Positions 25,223 to 35,148 of a stretch of DNA of 35,955 bases are shown here, piece after piece. Made by a program: the position numbers and the translations under genes. Position 1 is the stretch's first letter. Each line of letters opens with the position of its first letter. Below the pieces are notes generated by a model. It made no database searches. It was not told the origin of the DNA and was given only the letters and a program-made list of their open reading frames with translations. The DNA is taken from NCBI GenBank assembly GCA_038078255.1, contig JBBUEH010000023.1:1-35955 (forward strand), given 5' to 3'. Source of the stretch: Patescibacteria group bacterium. Lineage in GTDB: Bacteria; Patescibacteriota; Minisyncoccia; Phycocordibacterales; UBA9973.

Positions 25223-25803
25223 TGCATCACATTTATCACACGGAGGGGATAGTTTTGGGAAGTAGGAATTTCGGAGAAGCCGGGAAATATTACTATATCT
25301 TTACTCGGGATTTGGGTTTAGTGACAGCTTCCGCTCAAGGGATACGGAAGATGTCTTCGAAATTGCGTTTTACCTTGCAAGATTTTACTTATCTGAAAGT
25401 TGATCTGGTGGCCGGAAGAAATATTTTTCGCATCACGAATGCATCCAAGACGAACGGTCTGGAACAAATTACAAAAAAACCAGAAACTCTTGGAATTTTT
25501 GCCAATATTGCACGGTTGTTGAAACGGTTGCTTGCTGGAGTTGAACCAAACGAAGCTTTGTTTTCTGATTTATTGAGGAGTCTGTCTGTGTTAGAGAATT
25601 GCAGAACCCAGGAAGATTTGCGCAACCTTGAAACAATTATCGTTTTAAGAATTCTAAATAACTTGGGATATATAGGCGGAAATGAAATTTTGAAGAATTT
25701 TATAAAATCTCCTTTTGAAGAAGAAATCATTTTTGAGGCTTCCAAGAATAGGCGGGAAATACTATATCAAATCAACAAAGCGCTTAAGGAAACACATCTT
25801 TAA
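25222..25803 (+). CDS. recO: DNA repair protein RecO (short form)
   Basis: TEGIVLGSRNFGEA...IFTRDLGLV...AQGIRK..SKL OB-fold N-terminus. Confidence 0.85.
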   Translation: MHHIYHTEGIVLGSRNFGEAGKYYYIFTRDLGLVTASAQGIRKMSSKLRFTLQDFTYLKVDLVAGRNIFRITNASKTNGLEQITKKPETLGIFANIARLLKRLLAGVEPNEALFSDLLRSLSVLENCRTQEDLRNLETIIVLRILNNLGYIGGNEILKNFIKSPFEEEIIFEASKNRREILYQINKALKETHL

Positions 25804-25821
25804 TTATGTTATAATTACAGG

Positions 25822-27771
25822 ATGCCCTTAGACGATAGAGACAAATTAAACAAACTTGAAGAACTTAAAAGGAAGCTTTTCAGTAAGAATTTTCAAACCA
25901 AAATAGAACACCGAGATAAATTTACAGATTTAAGTAGGAAAGATGTACCCGTCGTTTGGGAAAATGAAGAAAAAACCAATCCTGGCGTCTCTTTTTCTCC
26001 CGCTCAATTTTTTATGAAAACTTCCATATTTAAAAAATTTTTTGTTTTCTCTCTTGTTTTTTTTATTTTAACGCTTTTTTATGCTGCTTTCGTATTTTTC
26101 AAAGGAGGCAATACGGTGTCCAATGACAATATTACTATTTCTGTGATTGGCAACAATTTTACGGCAGGCGGAGAGGAGTTTTCCTTCGTGGTTGGAATTG
26201 TCAATGAAAATAGTTCTGCCTTGGATTTAGTTGACCTGGTGGTGGAATATCCAAAGAGTTCTAAGGGTGGAGCTGTTGATCCGTCTCTTGCGATGGAAAG
26301 AAGTCGTACTTCGCTGGGTACCATTCCTGCCGGAGCAGTTCGGAATGAAAATCTAAAGATGGTGCTTTTTGGCGAGGAACAAAGCGTGCGGACAATAAAA
26401 ATTTCTCTTGAATATCGGGTCGAAGGCTCGAATGCTATTTTCGTGAAAGAAAAGTTCCATGCTGTTACTATTAGTTCTACGCCCATAAATATTTCCCTAG
26501 ATGCGCCGCTTTCTATCAGTTCGAATCAAGACTTGACCCTCAATGTAAAATTGGCATTAAATTCCACTAAAACAGTTTCGAAAATACTCCTCAACCTTGA
26601 TTATCCAGTTGGATTTCAATTCAAATCCTCCGTTCCGAGTCCTTCTTTCGGAAATAATATTTGGAGTTTAGGAGATCTGGCTCCGGGCGCAGAGCGGAGC
26701 ATTGCCATCACTGGACAATTCATTGATGTTTTTGACGGAGAAGAAAAATCGTTTCACATCAAAAGCGGGTCCCAATCAAGCGGAGATAAATCTATGATTG
26801 ATGTTATTTTTAATTCTCTGTCGCATGTAATTTCTATTAACAAAGCTTTTATTGAAACCCAGTTCTTTGTCAATGGTGTAAACCAGAGAGAATATGCGAT
26901 CGACACGAAGACCCCCATTCGTGGAACCATAGAATGGAGAAATAATTTAGATACTAAGATAAATGATTTAAGAATTCGAGCGAAAATTTCTGGCAATGCG
27001 GTTAATCGCAAAACCATAAATGTCGAACAAGGATTTTATAATTCATCTGAAGATGTGATCGTCTGGGACAAGAATTATTTGAATGAATTCAGAGAAGTAA
27101 ATCCTGGTGATGCTGGGTCTGTTGATTTTTCTCTTTCTTCGCTTGCCTTATTTTCTGCCACCAATGGGATACTTCTTGACCCCACTATCTCAATAGAGAT
27201 TTCTATTTCTGGCAAACAACTTCTCGAGGGCTATGAGGCGAAAGATTTAAATAATTCTGCCTCCTCGATTATTCGCATTATCTCGGATGTTGGCTTGGCA
27301 ACTAAGGTACTTTATTATTCTGGACCTTTTACCAATAAAGGTTTCATTCCACCGAAAGTTGAAAAAGAGACAACTTATACAATAGTATGGTCTCTTTCCA
27401 ACACAGCTAATAATATTTCAAAAAGTGTAATACGGTCTTCTCTTCCTGTGTGGGTTAATTTCGTGGGGAAGATTTCTCCTGCTAGCGAGAACTTGACTTA
27501 CAATTCTTCGACTAAAGAAATATTATGGAATATAGGGACAATTCCCAAAGGTACCAACCTCACCAAAGCTCCTAAAGAAGTTGCTTTTCAGATATCTTTT
27601 TTACCTTCTCTTTCTCAAGTAAATACTTCTCCAATCTTGATCAATGATGCGGTTTTGACTGGGCACGACGATTTTGCTAAGGTGGAAGTGAGAGTTGGTA
27701 AAACAGCCCTGACCACCCAACTTTACAATGACCCCTTATCTCCACCCGGAGGAGGAGTGGTGGTTGAATAA
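25822..27771 (+). CDS. Membrane-anchored hypothetical protein with beta-sandwich repeats
   Basis: One TM helix near aa 73-93, then beta-rich repeats (YPVGFQF..S.P...W.LGDL; LP.WV.F...W.IG.I). Confidence 0.75.
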   Translation: MPLDDRDKLNKLEELKRKLFSKNFQTKIEHRDKFTDLSRKDVPVVWENEEKTNPGVSFSPAQFFMKTSIFKKFFVFSLVFFILTLFYAAFVFFKGGNTVSNDNITISVIGNNFTAGGEEFSFVVGIVNENSSALDLVDLVVEYPKSSKGGAVDPSLAMERSRTSLGTIPAGAVRNENLKMVLFGEEQSVRTIKISLEYRVEGSNAIFVKEKFHAVTISSTPINISLDAPLSISSNQDLTLNVKLALNSTKTVSKILLNLDYPVGFQFKSSVPSPSFGNNIWSLGDLAPGAERSIAITGQFIDVFDGEEKSFHIKSGSQSSGDKSMIDVIFNSLSHVISINKAFIETQFFVNGVNQREYAIDTKTPIRGTIEWRNNLDTKINDLRIRAKISGNAVNRKTINVEQGFYNSSEDVIVWDKNYLNEFREVNPGDAGSVDFSLSSLALFSATNGILLDPTISIEISISGKQLLEGYEAKDLNNSASSIIRIISDVGLATKVLYYSGPFTNKGFIPPKVEKETTYTIVWSLSNTANNISKSVIRSSLPVWVNFVGKISPASENLTYNSSTKEILWNIGTIPKGTNLTKAPKEVAFQISFLPSLSQVNTSPILINDAVLTGHDDFAKVEVRVGKTALTTQLYNDPLSPPGGGVVVE

Positions 27772-27799
27772 TGCCCAGTAGGTAATTTTTGTAAATTAT

Positions 27800-29197
27800 A
27801 TGAAAGAAAAAAATATAGAAAATAATTTGATGGAAAAAATAGTTTCGCTTTGCAAGCGCAGAGGATTTGTTTTTCAGGGTTCAGAAATATATGGCGGGTT
27901 TGCCGGAACTTATGATTATGGGCATTATGGTGTGATGTTGAAGAAAAATATTGAAGAAGCATGGCGAAGAGCGATAGATGAACATAGGCAAATGGCTTTT
28001 ATTGAATCAAGTATTTTTACTGCACCGAGAGTCTGGGAGGCAAGCGGGCATGTGTCAGGATTTTCGGACCCACTAGTGATCTGTAATTCTTGCGGTGAGA
28101 AATCTCGCGCTGATCATTTACTTGAAAGTATTGGAGTTAAGGCAGACGAAAAAATGCCTGAAAAAGAAATTAATAATTTATTTGATGCTAATCGTAAAAA
28201 ACTCAAATGTCCTAAATGTGGCAAATATGATTTTGGTTCAGTGCGCGCCAAGAGTTTGCTGGCCACTTCCAATTTAGGAATTTTCGATATGGAGGGAGAT
28301 GATCAAAATACTTATTTGCGTGGTGAAACAGCTCAGGGAACATATATTAATTATAAAAATATTCTTGAAACTGGATCTTTTTTCATTCCATTTGGGATTG
28401 CTCAAATTGGCACAGTTTTTAGGAATGAAATCAGTCCGCGACAATTTCTTTTCCGCCAGCGAGAGTTTGAACAGATGGAAATGCAATATTTTGTTTATCC
28501 AAATGAAGCTATGAATGAATATGAAAAATGGAAAAAAGAAAGAATGGAATATTATATAAAATTAGGAATTCCAAAATCCAAACTTCGTTTCAAAGATCAT
28601 GAGAATTTGGTTTTTTATGCTAAGGCCGCGTGTGATATAGAATACGAATTTCCCTTTGGCTGGAACGAAATCGAGGGCATTCATTATCGTGGGGATTATG
28701 ATTTAACCCAACATCAGAAGTTCTCCGGTGTTGACATGAATTATTTTGACGAAGAAACTAAAGAAAAATTTATTCCGCATGTGGTTGAGGTTGCTTCTGG
28801 TTTGGGCAGAGTATTTTTGATGGTTTTGTGTGAAGCTTACAATGAGGATTCTCTTAAGGAAAGCAAAAGAGTAGTTTTAAACTTACCTATTAAACTCGCT
28901 CCGATTATTTGTTCCGTTTCACCACTTCTGAAAAATAAGCCGGAACTTGCAGAATACGCTGAAACAAAAGTTTACATGCCACTCAAAGCAGAATTTGGTC
29001 GAGTGGCTTGGGATGACAATGGCAATATTGGTAAAAGATATCGCAGACAGGATGAAATAGGCACACCTTTTTGCATTGTTATAGATTTCGATACTTTAAC
29101 AGATGATGCAGTCACCGTGCGGGATCGTGATACAGGCGAGCAAGAAAGAATAAAAGTTTCTGATCTAGTTCAATTTTTAAAAGAGAAGATAAATTAA
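27800..29197 (+). CDS. glyQS: Glycyl-tRNA synthetase, alpha2 (eukaryote-like) type
   Basis: KRRGF...SEIYGG, WEASGH, YLRGETAQG, FRNEISPR, REFEQME, IGKRYRRQDEIGTPF. Confidence 0.95.
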   Translation: MKEKNIENNLMEKIVSLCKRRGFVFQGSEIYGGFAGTYDYGHYGVMLKKNIEEAWRRAIDEHRQMAFIESSIFTAPRVWEASGHVSGFSDPLVICNSCGEKSRADHLLESIGVKADEKMPEKEINNLFDANRKKLKCPKCGKYDFGSVRAKSLLATSNLGIFDMEGDDQNTYLRGETAQGTYINYKNILETGSFFIPFGIAQIGTVFRNEISPRQFLFRQREFEQMEMQYFVYPNEAMNEYEKWKKERMEYYIKLGIPKSKLRFKDHENLVFYAKAACDIEYEFPFGWNEIEGIHYRGDYDLTQHQKFSGVDMNYFDEETKEKFIPHVVEVASGLGRVFLMVLCEAYNEDSLKESKRVVLNLPIKLAPIICSVSPLLKNKPELAEYAETKVYMPLKAEFGRVAWDDNGNIGKRYRRQDEIGTPFCIVIDFDTLTDDAVTVRDRDTGEQERIKVSDLVQFLKEKIN

Positions 29198-29200
29198 AAT

Positions 29201-30478
29201 ATGCGTTTCTCTAAAAAAGTTTTAAGGAATGGATTACGGATGATCACTATCCCGATGAAAGATAACCCGACGGTGACGGTTTTGGTTTTAGTGGAAGCTG
29301 GATCAAAATACGAAACAAAAAAGGTCAATGGCATTTCGCATTTTCTGGAACACATGTGTTTCAAGGGTACGGTCAAAAGACCGAAAGCCGTTGATATTTC
29401 AAAGGAATTGGATGCTCTGGGGAGTCAGTATAACGCTTTTACGGCGCAAGAATATACGGGGTATTATGCTAAAGCCGAAGCGAAACATTTCAAGAAAATT
29501 CTGGATATCGTGTCGGATATTTACCTCCATTCCACTTTTCCCGAGGCAGAAATGCAAAAAGAAAAAGGGGTGATCATAGAAGAAATAAATATGTACGAAG
29601 ACATGCCCCAGCGCCATGTGCAAGACTTGATGATGAAATTGCTCTATGGGGATCAGCCGGCTGGTTGGAACATTACGGGCGAGAAGAAAAATATTTTAAA
29701 GATGAAACGAGAAGATTTCGTGCAGTATAAAAAGGCGCATTACTTGCCGGAAGCAACTGTGTTGATAGTTGCTGGAAAAGTAACAGAAAAAGAAGTTTTA
29801 AAAGAAGTCAATAAAATTTTTGGCAAGGTGGGGCGGGGGAAGAAGGGCGGAAAAGCAGGAGTGAAAGAAAGACAAACGAAGCCGGCAGTTTTGGTCAACT
29901 TTAAAAAGACAGATCAGACGCATTTTGTTCTGGGAGTCAGGAGTTATGATTTATTTCACAAGAAAAATTCTATCCTTGCGGTGTTGGGGGGAATTTTGGG
30001 TGGGGGAATGAGTTCGCGACTCTTTGTGAAACTACGCGAGGAGATGGGTGTGGGTTACTATGTTCGTGCCGGGAATGATTCGTATACTGATCACGGCATA
30101 TTTCAAATTTCCGCTGGTGTTGATAATAAAAGAATAGAAGAAGTTATTGAAGCCGTGCTGGAAGAATGCAGGAAATTAAAAAATGAAAAAGTTGGCGTCG
30201 AAGAATTGAATAAAGTTAAAGAATGCCTGATCGGCAATATGAAGCTCTCTCTGGAATCTAGCGATGATATTGCGAACTTTTACGGTGGACAAGAACTTCT
30301 GAAAAGGGAAATAAAAAACGCAGAAGAAAAGGCTAAAGAAATTCGTAAAGTGACAGCTAGTCAAATCCAAATTCTTGCCAAAGATATTTTTCAAAAAAAG
30401 AAACTCAATCTTGCGTTGATCGGACCCTTCAAAGAAAAAAAAGAAAAAGCTAGATTTCTGAAAATATTAAAATTCTAA
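29201..30478 (+). CDS. M16 family zinc peptidase
   Basis: GISHFLEHMCFKGT (HxxEH), NAFT, GGGMSSRLF. Confidence 0.93.
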   Translation: MRFSKKVLRNGLRMITIPMKDNPTVTVLVLVEAGSKYETKKVNGISHFLEHMCFKGTVKRPKAVDISKELDALGSQYNAFTAQEYTGYYAKAEAKHFKKILDIVSDIYLHSTFPEAEMQKEKGVIIEEINMYEDMPQRHVQDLMMKLLYGDQPAGWNITGEKKNILKMKREDFVQYKKAHYLPEATVLIVAGKVTEKEVLKEVNKIFGKVGRGKKGGKAGVKERQTKPAVLVNFKKTDQTHFVLGVRSYDLFHKKNSILAVLGGILGGGMSSRLFVKLREEMGVGYYVRAGNDSYTDHGIFQISAGVDNKRIEEVIEAVLEECRKLKNEKVGVEELNKVKECLIGNMKLSLESSDDIANFYGGQELLKREIKNAEEKAKEIRKVTASQIQILAKDIFQKKKLNLALIGPFKEKKEKARFLKILKF

Positions 30479-30525
30479 ATATTTTTTCTGTGGGCTTTTG
30501 GGGTATTTTATGCTATTATATTCTT

Positions 30526-31599
30526 ATGTTTGAACGAAACCACTCTACTTCTATTTCTATCTCTACTGACAGTATGATTCGGGTCGTTTTGGTTGCCTTG
30601 GGTGTTTTCTTATTGTGGTTTTTGCGTGATTTGGTATTGGTGGTTTTGACCTCTATTGTCCTTGCTTCTTTTGTAGAATCAGCCATTCCCTATTTTAAAA
30701 AATTTGGAATTGGTCGAGTTTTTGGGGTGGTTATTTTATACGCTGTTTCTCTTCTTGTTTTAGCTGGAGTATTTTATCTTTTTGCGCCGCTTCTCATCAC
30801 TGAAATTTATAATTTTTCTAATTTTATTTCTACTTACATTCCGGGTGTTTCATTCTTGAATTATTTTCAAAATGAAGCTTTCTCTGGCGCCAAAGATATC
30901 GTCAGCAGTCTTTCTTCTAATTTCTCCCTCGGAAATCTGTTGTCCGTTTCCAAAGCTTTCATTTTTAATCTCTCGGGTGGATTCTTCACGACTCTCTCTG
31001 TGGCCTTTGGAGGTATTTTCAATTTCGTTTTAATTATTCTTATTTCTTTCTATCTTTCTCTGGAAGAAAAGGGAATAGAGAATTTTCTTCGGCTTATCTT
31101 TCCTATTCAGTACGAGAATTATGTGGTGGACCTTTGGGATCGTTCTCGCCGTAAAATTGCCTTATGGATGAAGGGGCAAGTGGTGTTGGGAGTGATCGTA
31201 GCGGTGTTGATTTATCTGGTATTGTCGCTCCTTGGCATAGAATATGCTCTCCTGCTAGCGATTATCGCTGGCGCTATGGAGCTCGTGCCTTACGGCATTT
31301 TAGTTGCCTTGATTCCAGCTTTTTCCTTTTCTTTTATTTCCGGAGGAATTGGATCTGCTCTGACAGTGACTGGAGCCTACCTCATTATTCATCAATTTGA
31401 AGTTTTTCTTTTTGCCCCGCTCATTATCAAAAGAATTGTTGGTCTTTCACCGATTGTGATAATTTTATCCGCTTTGATTGGTTTCGAATTAAGTGGATTC
31501 TGGGGAATGTTGTTGGCTATTCCCGTGGCGATTATCGTGATGGAATTCTTGGATGACATTGAAAAAGATAAAACTTTAGCCCGCATCAAAAATAAGTAA
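30526..31599 (+). CDS. AI-2E family (PerM-like) permease
   Basis: Multi-TM protein with LSPIVIILSALIG...GMLLAIP. Start moved to ATG 30526, which has TGcTATTAT 6 nt upstream. Confidence 0.85.
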   Translation: MFERNHSTSISISTDSMIRVVLVALGVFLLWFLRDLVLVVLTSIVLASFVESAIPYFKKFGIGRVFGVVILYAVSLLVLAGVFYLFAPLLITEIYNFSNFISTYIPGVSFLNYFQNEAFSGAKDIVSSLSSNFSLGNLLSVSKAFIFNLSGGFFTTLSVAFGGIFNFVLIILISFYLSLEEKGIENFLRLIFPIQYENYVVDLWDRSRRKIALWMKGQVVLGVIVAVLIYLVLSLLGIEYALLLAIIAGAMELVPYGILVALIPAFSFSFISGGIGSALTVTGAYLIIHQFEVFLFAPLIIKRIVGLSPIVIILSALIGFELSGFWGMLLAIPVAIIVMEFLDDIEKDKTLARIKNK

Positions 31600-33071
31600 T
31601 GACAGAAAAAAAATCTTTCTATATTACAACAACCATACCGTATGTAAATGCAGAACCTCATATTGGTTTTGCGCTGGAGCTTGTACAGGCTGATGTCTTG
31701 GCGCGCTACCATCGTCTAGTAAACAAAGATGTGTTTTTTAATACGGGGACGGATGAGCATGGGCAAAAAATTTGGGAGGCCAGTCAGAAAGAAGGTAAAG
31801 ATGCGCAAGATTATGTTGATAAATATGCCCAAAATTATCTAAATTTAAAAAATATCCTTAATCTTTCTAACGACAACTTTATTAGGACGACCGATTCGAG
31901 ACACATTCAAGCGGCCCAAGAATTTTGGCGTCTATGTAACGAAAAAGGCGATATTTATAAAAAGAAATATAAAGGACTTTATTGTGTGGGGTGTGAGAAA
32001 TTTATTACAGAAAAGGATTTGGTAAATGGTAAATGCGAATTTCATCTGACACTCATTCCGGAGTTGGTAGAGGAAGAAAATTATTTTTTCAAATTAACAA
32101 ATTACAAAGAGCAACTTTTGGAATATCTTTCTAAAGCAGAATCAATCTTGCCAGAATGGCGCAGAGCTGAGGCTATAAATTTTGTTCAAAGTGACATGGA
32201 AGATTTTTCAATTTCCCGTGTGAAGAAAAGATTTTCTTGGGGGGTGCCAATACCGGGAGATGACGAACAAGTGATGTATGTTTGGTTCGATGCTTTTGTA
32301 AATTATCTTTCTACATTGGGTTGGCCCGCCTCCGCTAAAGCTTCGGCGGGCGAGCCCGACAGCCAAGGGGATTTATTTGAAAAGTTTTGGTTGAAAGGCG
32401 AAAAAGTACAAGTAGCTGGAAAAGACATGGTCAAATTTCAGTCAGTCATGTGGCAGGGGATGCTCATGTCAGCTGGTTTACCGACAACGAATACCATCGT
32501 TTATCATGGCTTTATTACTGGAGATGGGGGAGTCAGGATGTCCAAGTCCATCGGTAATGTTATAAATCCGAACGAAATTGTAAAAGAATACAGCACGGAT
32601 GCTCTGCGATATTTTCTTTTACGAGAAATTTCTTCTTTTGAAGATAGTCCGTTTACGATGGAGAGATTTAAGGAAGCATATAATGCAAATTTAGCGAACG
32701 GATTAGGAAATTTAGCGTCGCGCATACTCACTCTTTCAGAAAAATATTTAGAAAAGTGTCCCGAAATTCCGGAGAAGTCTAACTTTACAGAATATTTTAG
32801 TTTTTTTGAAAAGTTTGATATTAAACAAGCGACTGACTATATTTGGAACGAAATCGGAGAATTAGATAAATTTATCCAAGAAACTGAACCGTTTAAGGTG
32901 GTAAAAGTAGATGAGAAAAAAGGAAAAAAATTAATTTCAGATACGGTGATTCGTTTATATAAAATAGCTCGAATGTTGAATCCAATAATGCCGGAGACAA
33001 ATGTTTTAATTAAAAATTTAATTAGAGCAAACAAAAAGCCCGAGAAGCCGTTGTTTCCGAGGAAAGATTAA
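31599..33071 (+). CDS. metG: Methionyl-tRNA synthetase (short form)
   Basis: YITTTIPYVNAEPHIGF, TGTDEHGQK, YCVGCE, YVWFDA, GKD, RMSKS, LFPR C-terminus. Confidence 0.96.
   Translation: MTEKKSFYITTTIPYVNAEPHIGFALELVQADVLARYHRLVNKDVFFNTGTDEHGQKIWEASQKEGKDAQDYVDKYAQNYLNLKNILNLSNDNFIRTTDSRHIQAAQEFWRLCNEKGDIYKKKYKGLYCVGCEKFITEKDLVNGKCEFHLTLIPELVEEENYFFKLTNYKEQLLEYLSKAESILPEWRRAEAINFVQSDMEDFSISRVKKRFSWGVPIPGDDEQVMYVWFDAFVNYLSTLGWPASAKASAGEPDSQGDLFEKFWLKGEKVQVAGKDMVKFQSVMWQGMLMSAGLPTTNTIVYHGFITGDGGVRMSKSIGNVINPNEIVKEYSTDALRYFLLREISSFEDSPFTMERFKEAYNANLANGLGNLASRILTLSEKYLEKCPEIPEKSNFTEYFSFFEKFDIKQATDYIWNEIGELDKFIQETEPFKVVKVDEKKGKKLISDTVIRLYKIARMLNPIMPETNVLIKNLIRANKKPEKPLFPRKD
32324..32358. repeat. GCCCGCC...GGCGGGC palindromic element in frame in metG
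   Basis: gcccgcc-TC-cgctaaagct-TC-ggcgggc; read as PASAKASAGE. GCCCG recurs 30 nt apart. Confidence 0.8.
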
Positions 33072-33072
33072 A

Positions 33073-33927
33073 ATGCCACAATACATCGATATCCACAGCC
33101 ATGTGAATTTCAAGGCCTTTGACGCAGACAGGGATGCGGTTATTCGTCGCACCTTAGAAAATAATACTTGGGTGATAAATGTCGGTACGCAGACAGATAC
33201 TTCCAGAAAGGCAGTTGAAATAGCAAATCAGTACAAAGAGGGGGTATATGCGATCATAGGACTTCATCCAATACATACTGGGGAATCTTTTCATGATGAG
33301 GAGGAGTTGGGTCAAGGTGGCAAGGATTTCACCTCCCGTGGAGAAGTTTTTGACACAGAATTTTACAGAGAACTTTTAAAAGACCCGAAAGTCGTGGGTA
33401 TCGGAGAATGTGGATTGGATTATTACAGATGTAATGAAGAATCAATTTCAAAACAAAAAGAAGCTTTCGTGAGTCAAATAAAATTAGCCAATGAATTTAA
33501 TAAACCATTAATGCTGCATATACGCAATGGTTCGACAGGTTCACCACAGGCAATCCCAAATAGAAATGCATATTCTGACGCGCTGGAGCTTTTAAAAACT
33601 CACGCAAAAGTCAAAGGCGATGTGCATTTTTTTGCAGGGACTTTGGGAGAGGCGAAAGGTTTTTTAGATTTTGGTTTTACTTTATCTTTCACTGGAGTCA
33701 TCACCTTCACTCACGATTATGATGAGATAATAAAAAACACACCGCTCGAGATGATTATGTCCGAGACAGATTCTCCATATGTCACACCTGTGCCCCACCG
33801 AGGTAAACGGAATGAACCTGTTTTTGTGAAGGAAATAGTCAAAAGGATTGCCAAAATAAAAGATCTGCCAGAAGAAGAAGTGGCGCAAGCGATAATAGCC
33901 AATGCAAAAAGAGTATTTACTTTTTAA
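33073..33927 (+). CDS. tatD: TatD-family DNase
   Basis: DIHSH, GLHP, GIGECGLDY, LHIR, HFF, ETDSPY, RGKRNEP. Confidence 0.93.
   Translation: MPQYIDIHSHVNFKAFDADRDAVIRRTLENNTWVINVGTQTDTSRKAVEIANQYKEGVYAIIGLHPIHTGESFHDEEELGQGGKDFTSRGEVFDTEFYRELLKDPKVVGIGECGLDYYRCNEESISKQKEAFVSQIKLANEFNKPLMLHIRNGSTGSPQAIPNRNAYSDALELLKTHAKVKGDVHFFAGTLGEAKGFLDFGFTLSFTGVITFTHDYDEIIKNTPLEMIMSETDSPYVTPVPHRGKRNEPVFVKEIVKRIAKIKDLPEEEVAQAIIANAKRVFTF
33528..33551. repeat. TTCGAC...TCA.C.CAGGC mini-hairpin in frame in tatD
   Basis: tggt-TC-gacaggt-TC-acca-caggc; read as GSTGSPQA in a loop after LHIRN. Confidence 0.65.
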
Positions 33928-33942
33928 AAGATTTTTGCTAAG

Positions 33943-34458
33943 ATGAAACCTACAATGCAAGATAAAGAAGCGAAGAGTAAAGATGACACCACAGAAGACG
34001 CAAGTCCTCGAGTTTACGAGCTCGGCTATCTTCTGGTGCCTAGTATTAAAGAAGAGGATTTGTCGGTGAGTTACGGAGATATTAAAGAATTAGTATCATC
34101 TTTCGGCGGGGAAATTATTACAGATGAAATGCCTAAAACGATAGAGCTTGCTTATCCCATGCAGAAAGTAACATTAAATGTTCGTCACAAATTTCATACG
34201 GCGTATTTTGGTTGGGTTAAATTTGTCATGGATTCGGTTAAAGTGTTAGAACTCAAAGCGAAGCTCGATCAGAGCCTCAACCTTATTCGATTTTTGATAT
34301 TAAAGACAGTCAAAGAAAATACCATAGCATCCAAGAGATTTATTCGGGGAGATTCCTATAAGAGACCAGTTCTACACAAGACTCCTCTCAATGAAACAGC
34401 TGTGCCCATAAACAAAGAAGAAATTGACAAAGAAATAGACGCTCTGGTTGCAGTTTAA
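33943..34458 (+). CDS. rpsF: 30S ribosomal protein S6
   Basis: YELGYLL.P, ELAYPM, AYFGWVKF, IRFLILK; rpsF-ssb-rpsR order. True start may be ATG 33955. Confidence 0.88.
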   Translation: MKPTMQDKEAKSKDDTTEDASPRVYELGYLLVPSIKEEDLSVSYGDIKELVSSFGGEIITDEMPKTIELAYPMQKVTLNVRHKFHTAYFGWVKFVMDSVKVLELKAKLDQSLNLIRFLILKTVKENTIASKRFIRGDSYKRPVLHKTPLNETAVPINKEEIDKEIDALVAV

Positions 34459-34482
34459 TTATTAATTTAAAGAATAAGAAAT

Positions 34483-34935
34483 ATGTATTTAAACAAAGCA
34501 ATTTTAATAGGAAATCTAACCCGCGATCCCGAACTACGGTCCTTGCCCTCTGGCGTAAAGGTCTGTTCATTTTCTCTGGCTACGAATCGTGTTTGGAAGG
34601 ACAAGAATGGCGTACGGCAAGAGTCCGCCGATTACCATAATGTTGTAGTTTTCGGTCGTCAAGCAGAAACAGTGGCGCAGTATATGAAGAAAGGGAGCTC
34701 CATCCTGGTGGAAGGCAGAATGCAGACGAGGAGCTGGGAAGATAAAACAAGTGGAGAAAAGAAATATCGCACTGAAGTTATAGCAGACCGCACGCAGTTT
34801 GGGCCTAAGGGGGCGGGAGGAGGAGGCGCTACTGGAGTGCAAAATTCGCCCAAAGATTCAAATAACAACAATCAAGAAGTTGATAGCATAGAATATCCAG
34901 AAGAAGACATTAATCCTGAAGATATTCCTTTTTAA
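34483..34935 (+). CDS. ssb: Single-stranded DNA-binding protein
   Basis: LNKAILIGNLTRDPELR, VEGRMQTRSW, acidic tail EDIPF. Confidence 0.97.
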   Translation: MYLNKAILIGNLTRDPELRSLPSGVKVCSFSLATNRVWKDKNGVRQESADYHNVVVFGRQAETVAQYMKKGSSILVEGRMQTRSWEDKTSGEKKYRTEVIADRTQFGPKGAGGGGATGVQNSPKDSNNNNQEVDSIEYPEEDINPEDIPF

Positions 34936-34938
34936 TTT

Positions 34939-35139
34939 ATGAAACAAGATTATTTTTCAGCGAACAATATAAAATACATAGACTACAAAGATATTGAAAT
35001 TTTAAAGAAATTTTTGAATCCCAATGGTAAAATAATGAGCCACAAACGAACTGGCGTCACAGCTAAGAATCAACGACAGCTCGCAGTGGCTATTAAGCAT
35101 GCTAGGTTTCTAGGGTTGCTTTCTTTTGTGGTGAAATAG
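34939..35139 (+). CDS. rpsR: 30S ribosomal protein S18
   Basis: IDYKD...LKKF...GKI...RTG...QR.LA.AIK.ARFLGLL. Confidence 0.96.
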   Translation: MKQDYFSANNIKYIDYKDIEILKKFLNPNGKIMSHKRTGVTAKNQRQLAVAIKHARFLGLLSFVVK

Positions 35140-35148
35140 AAATCAAGA

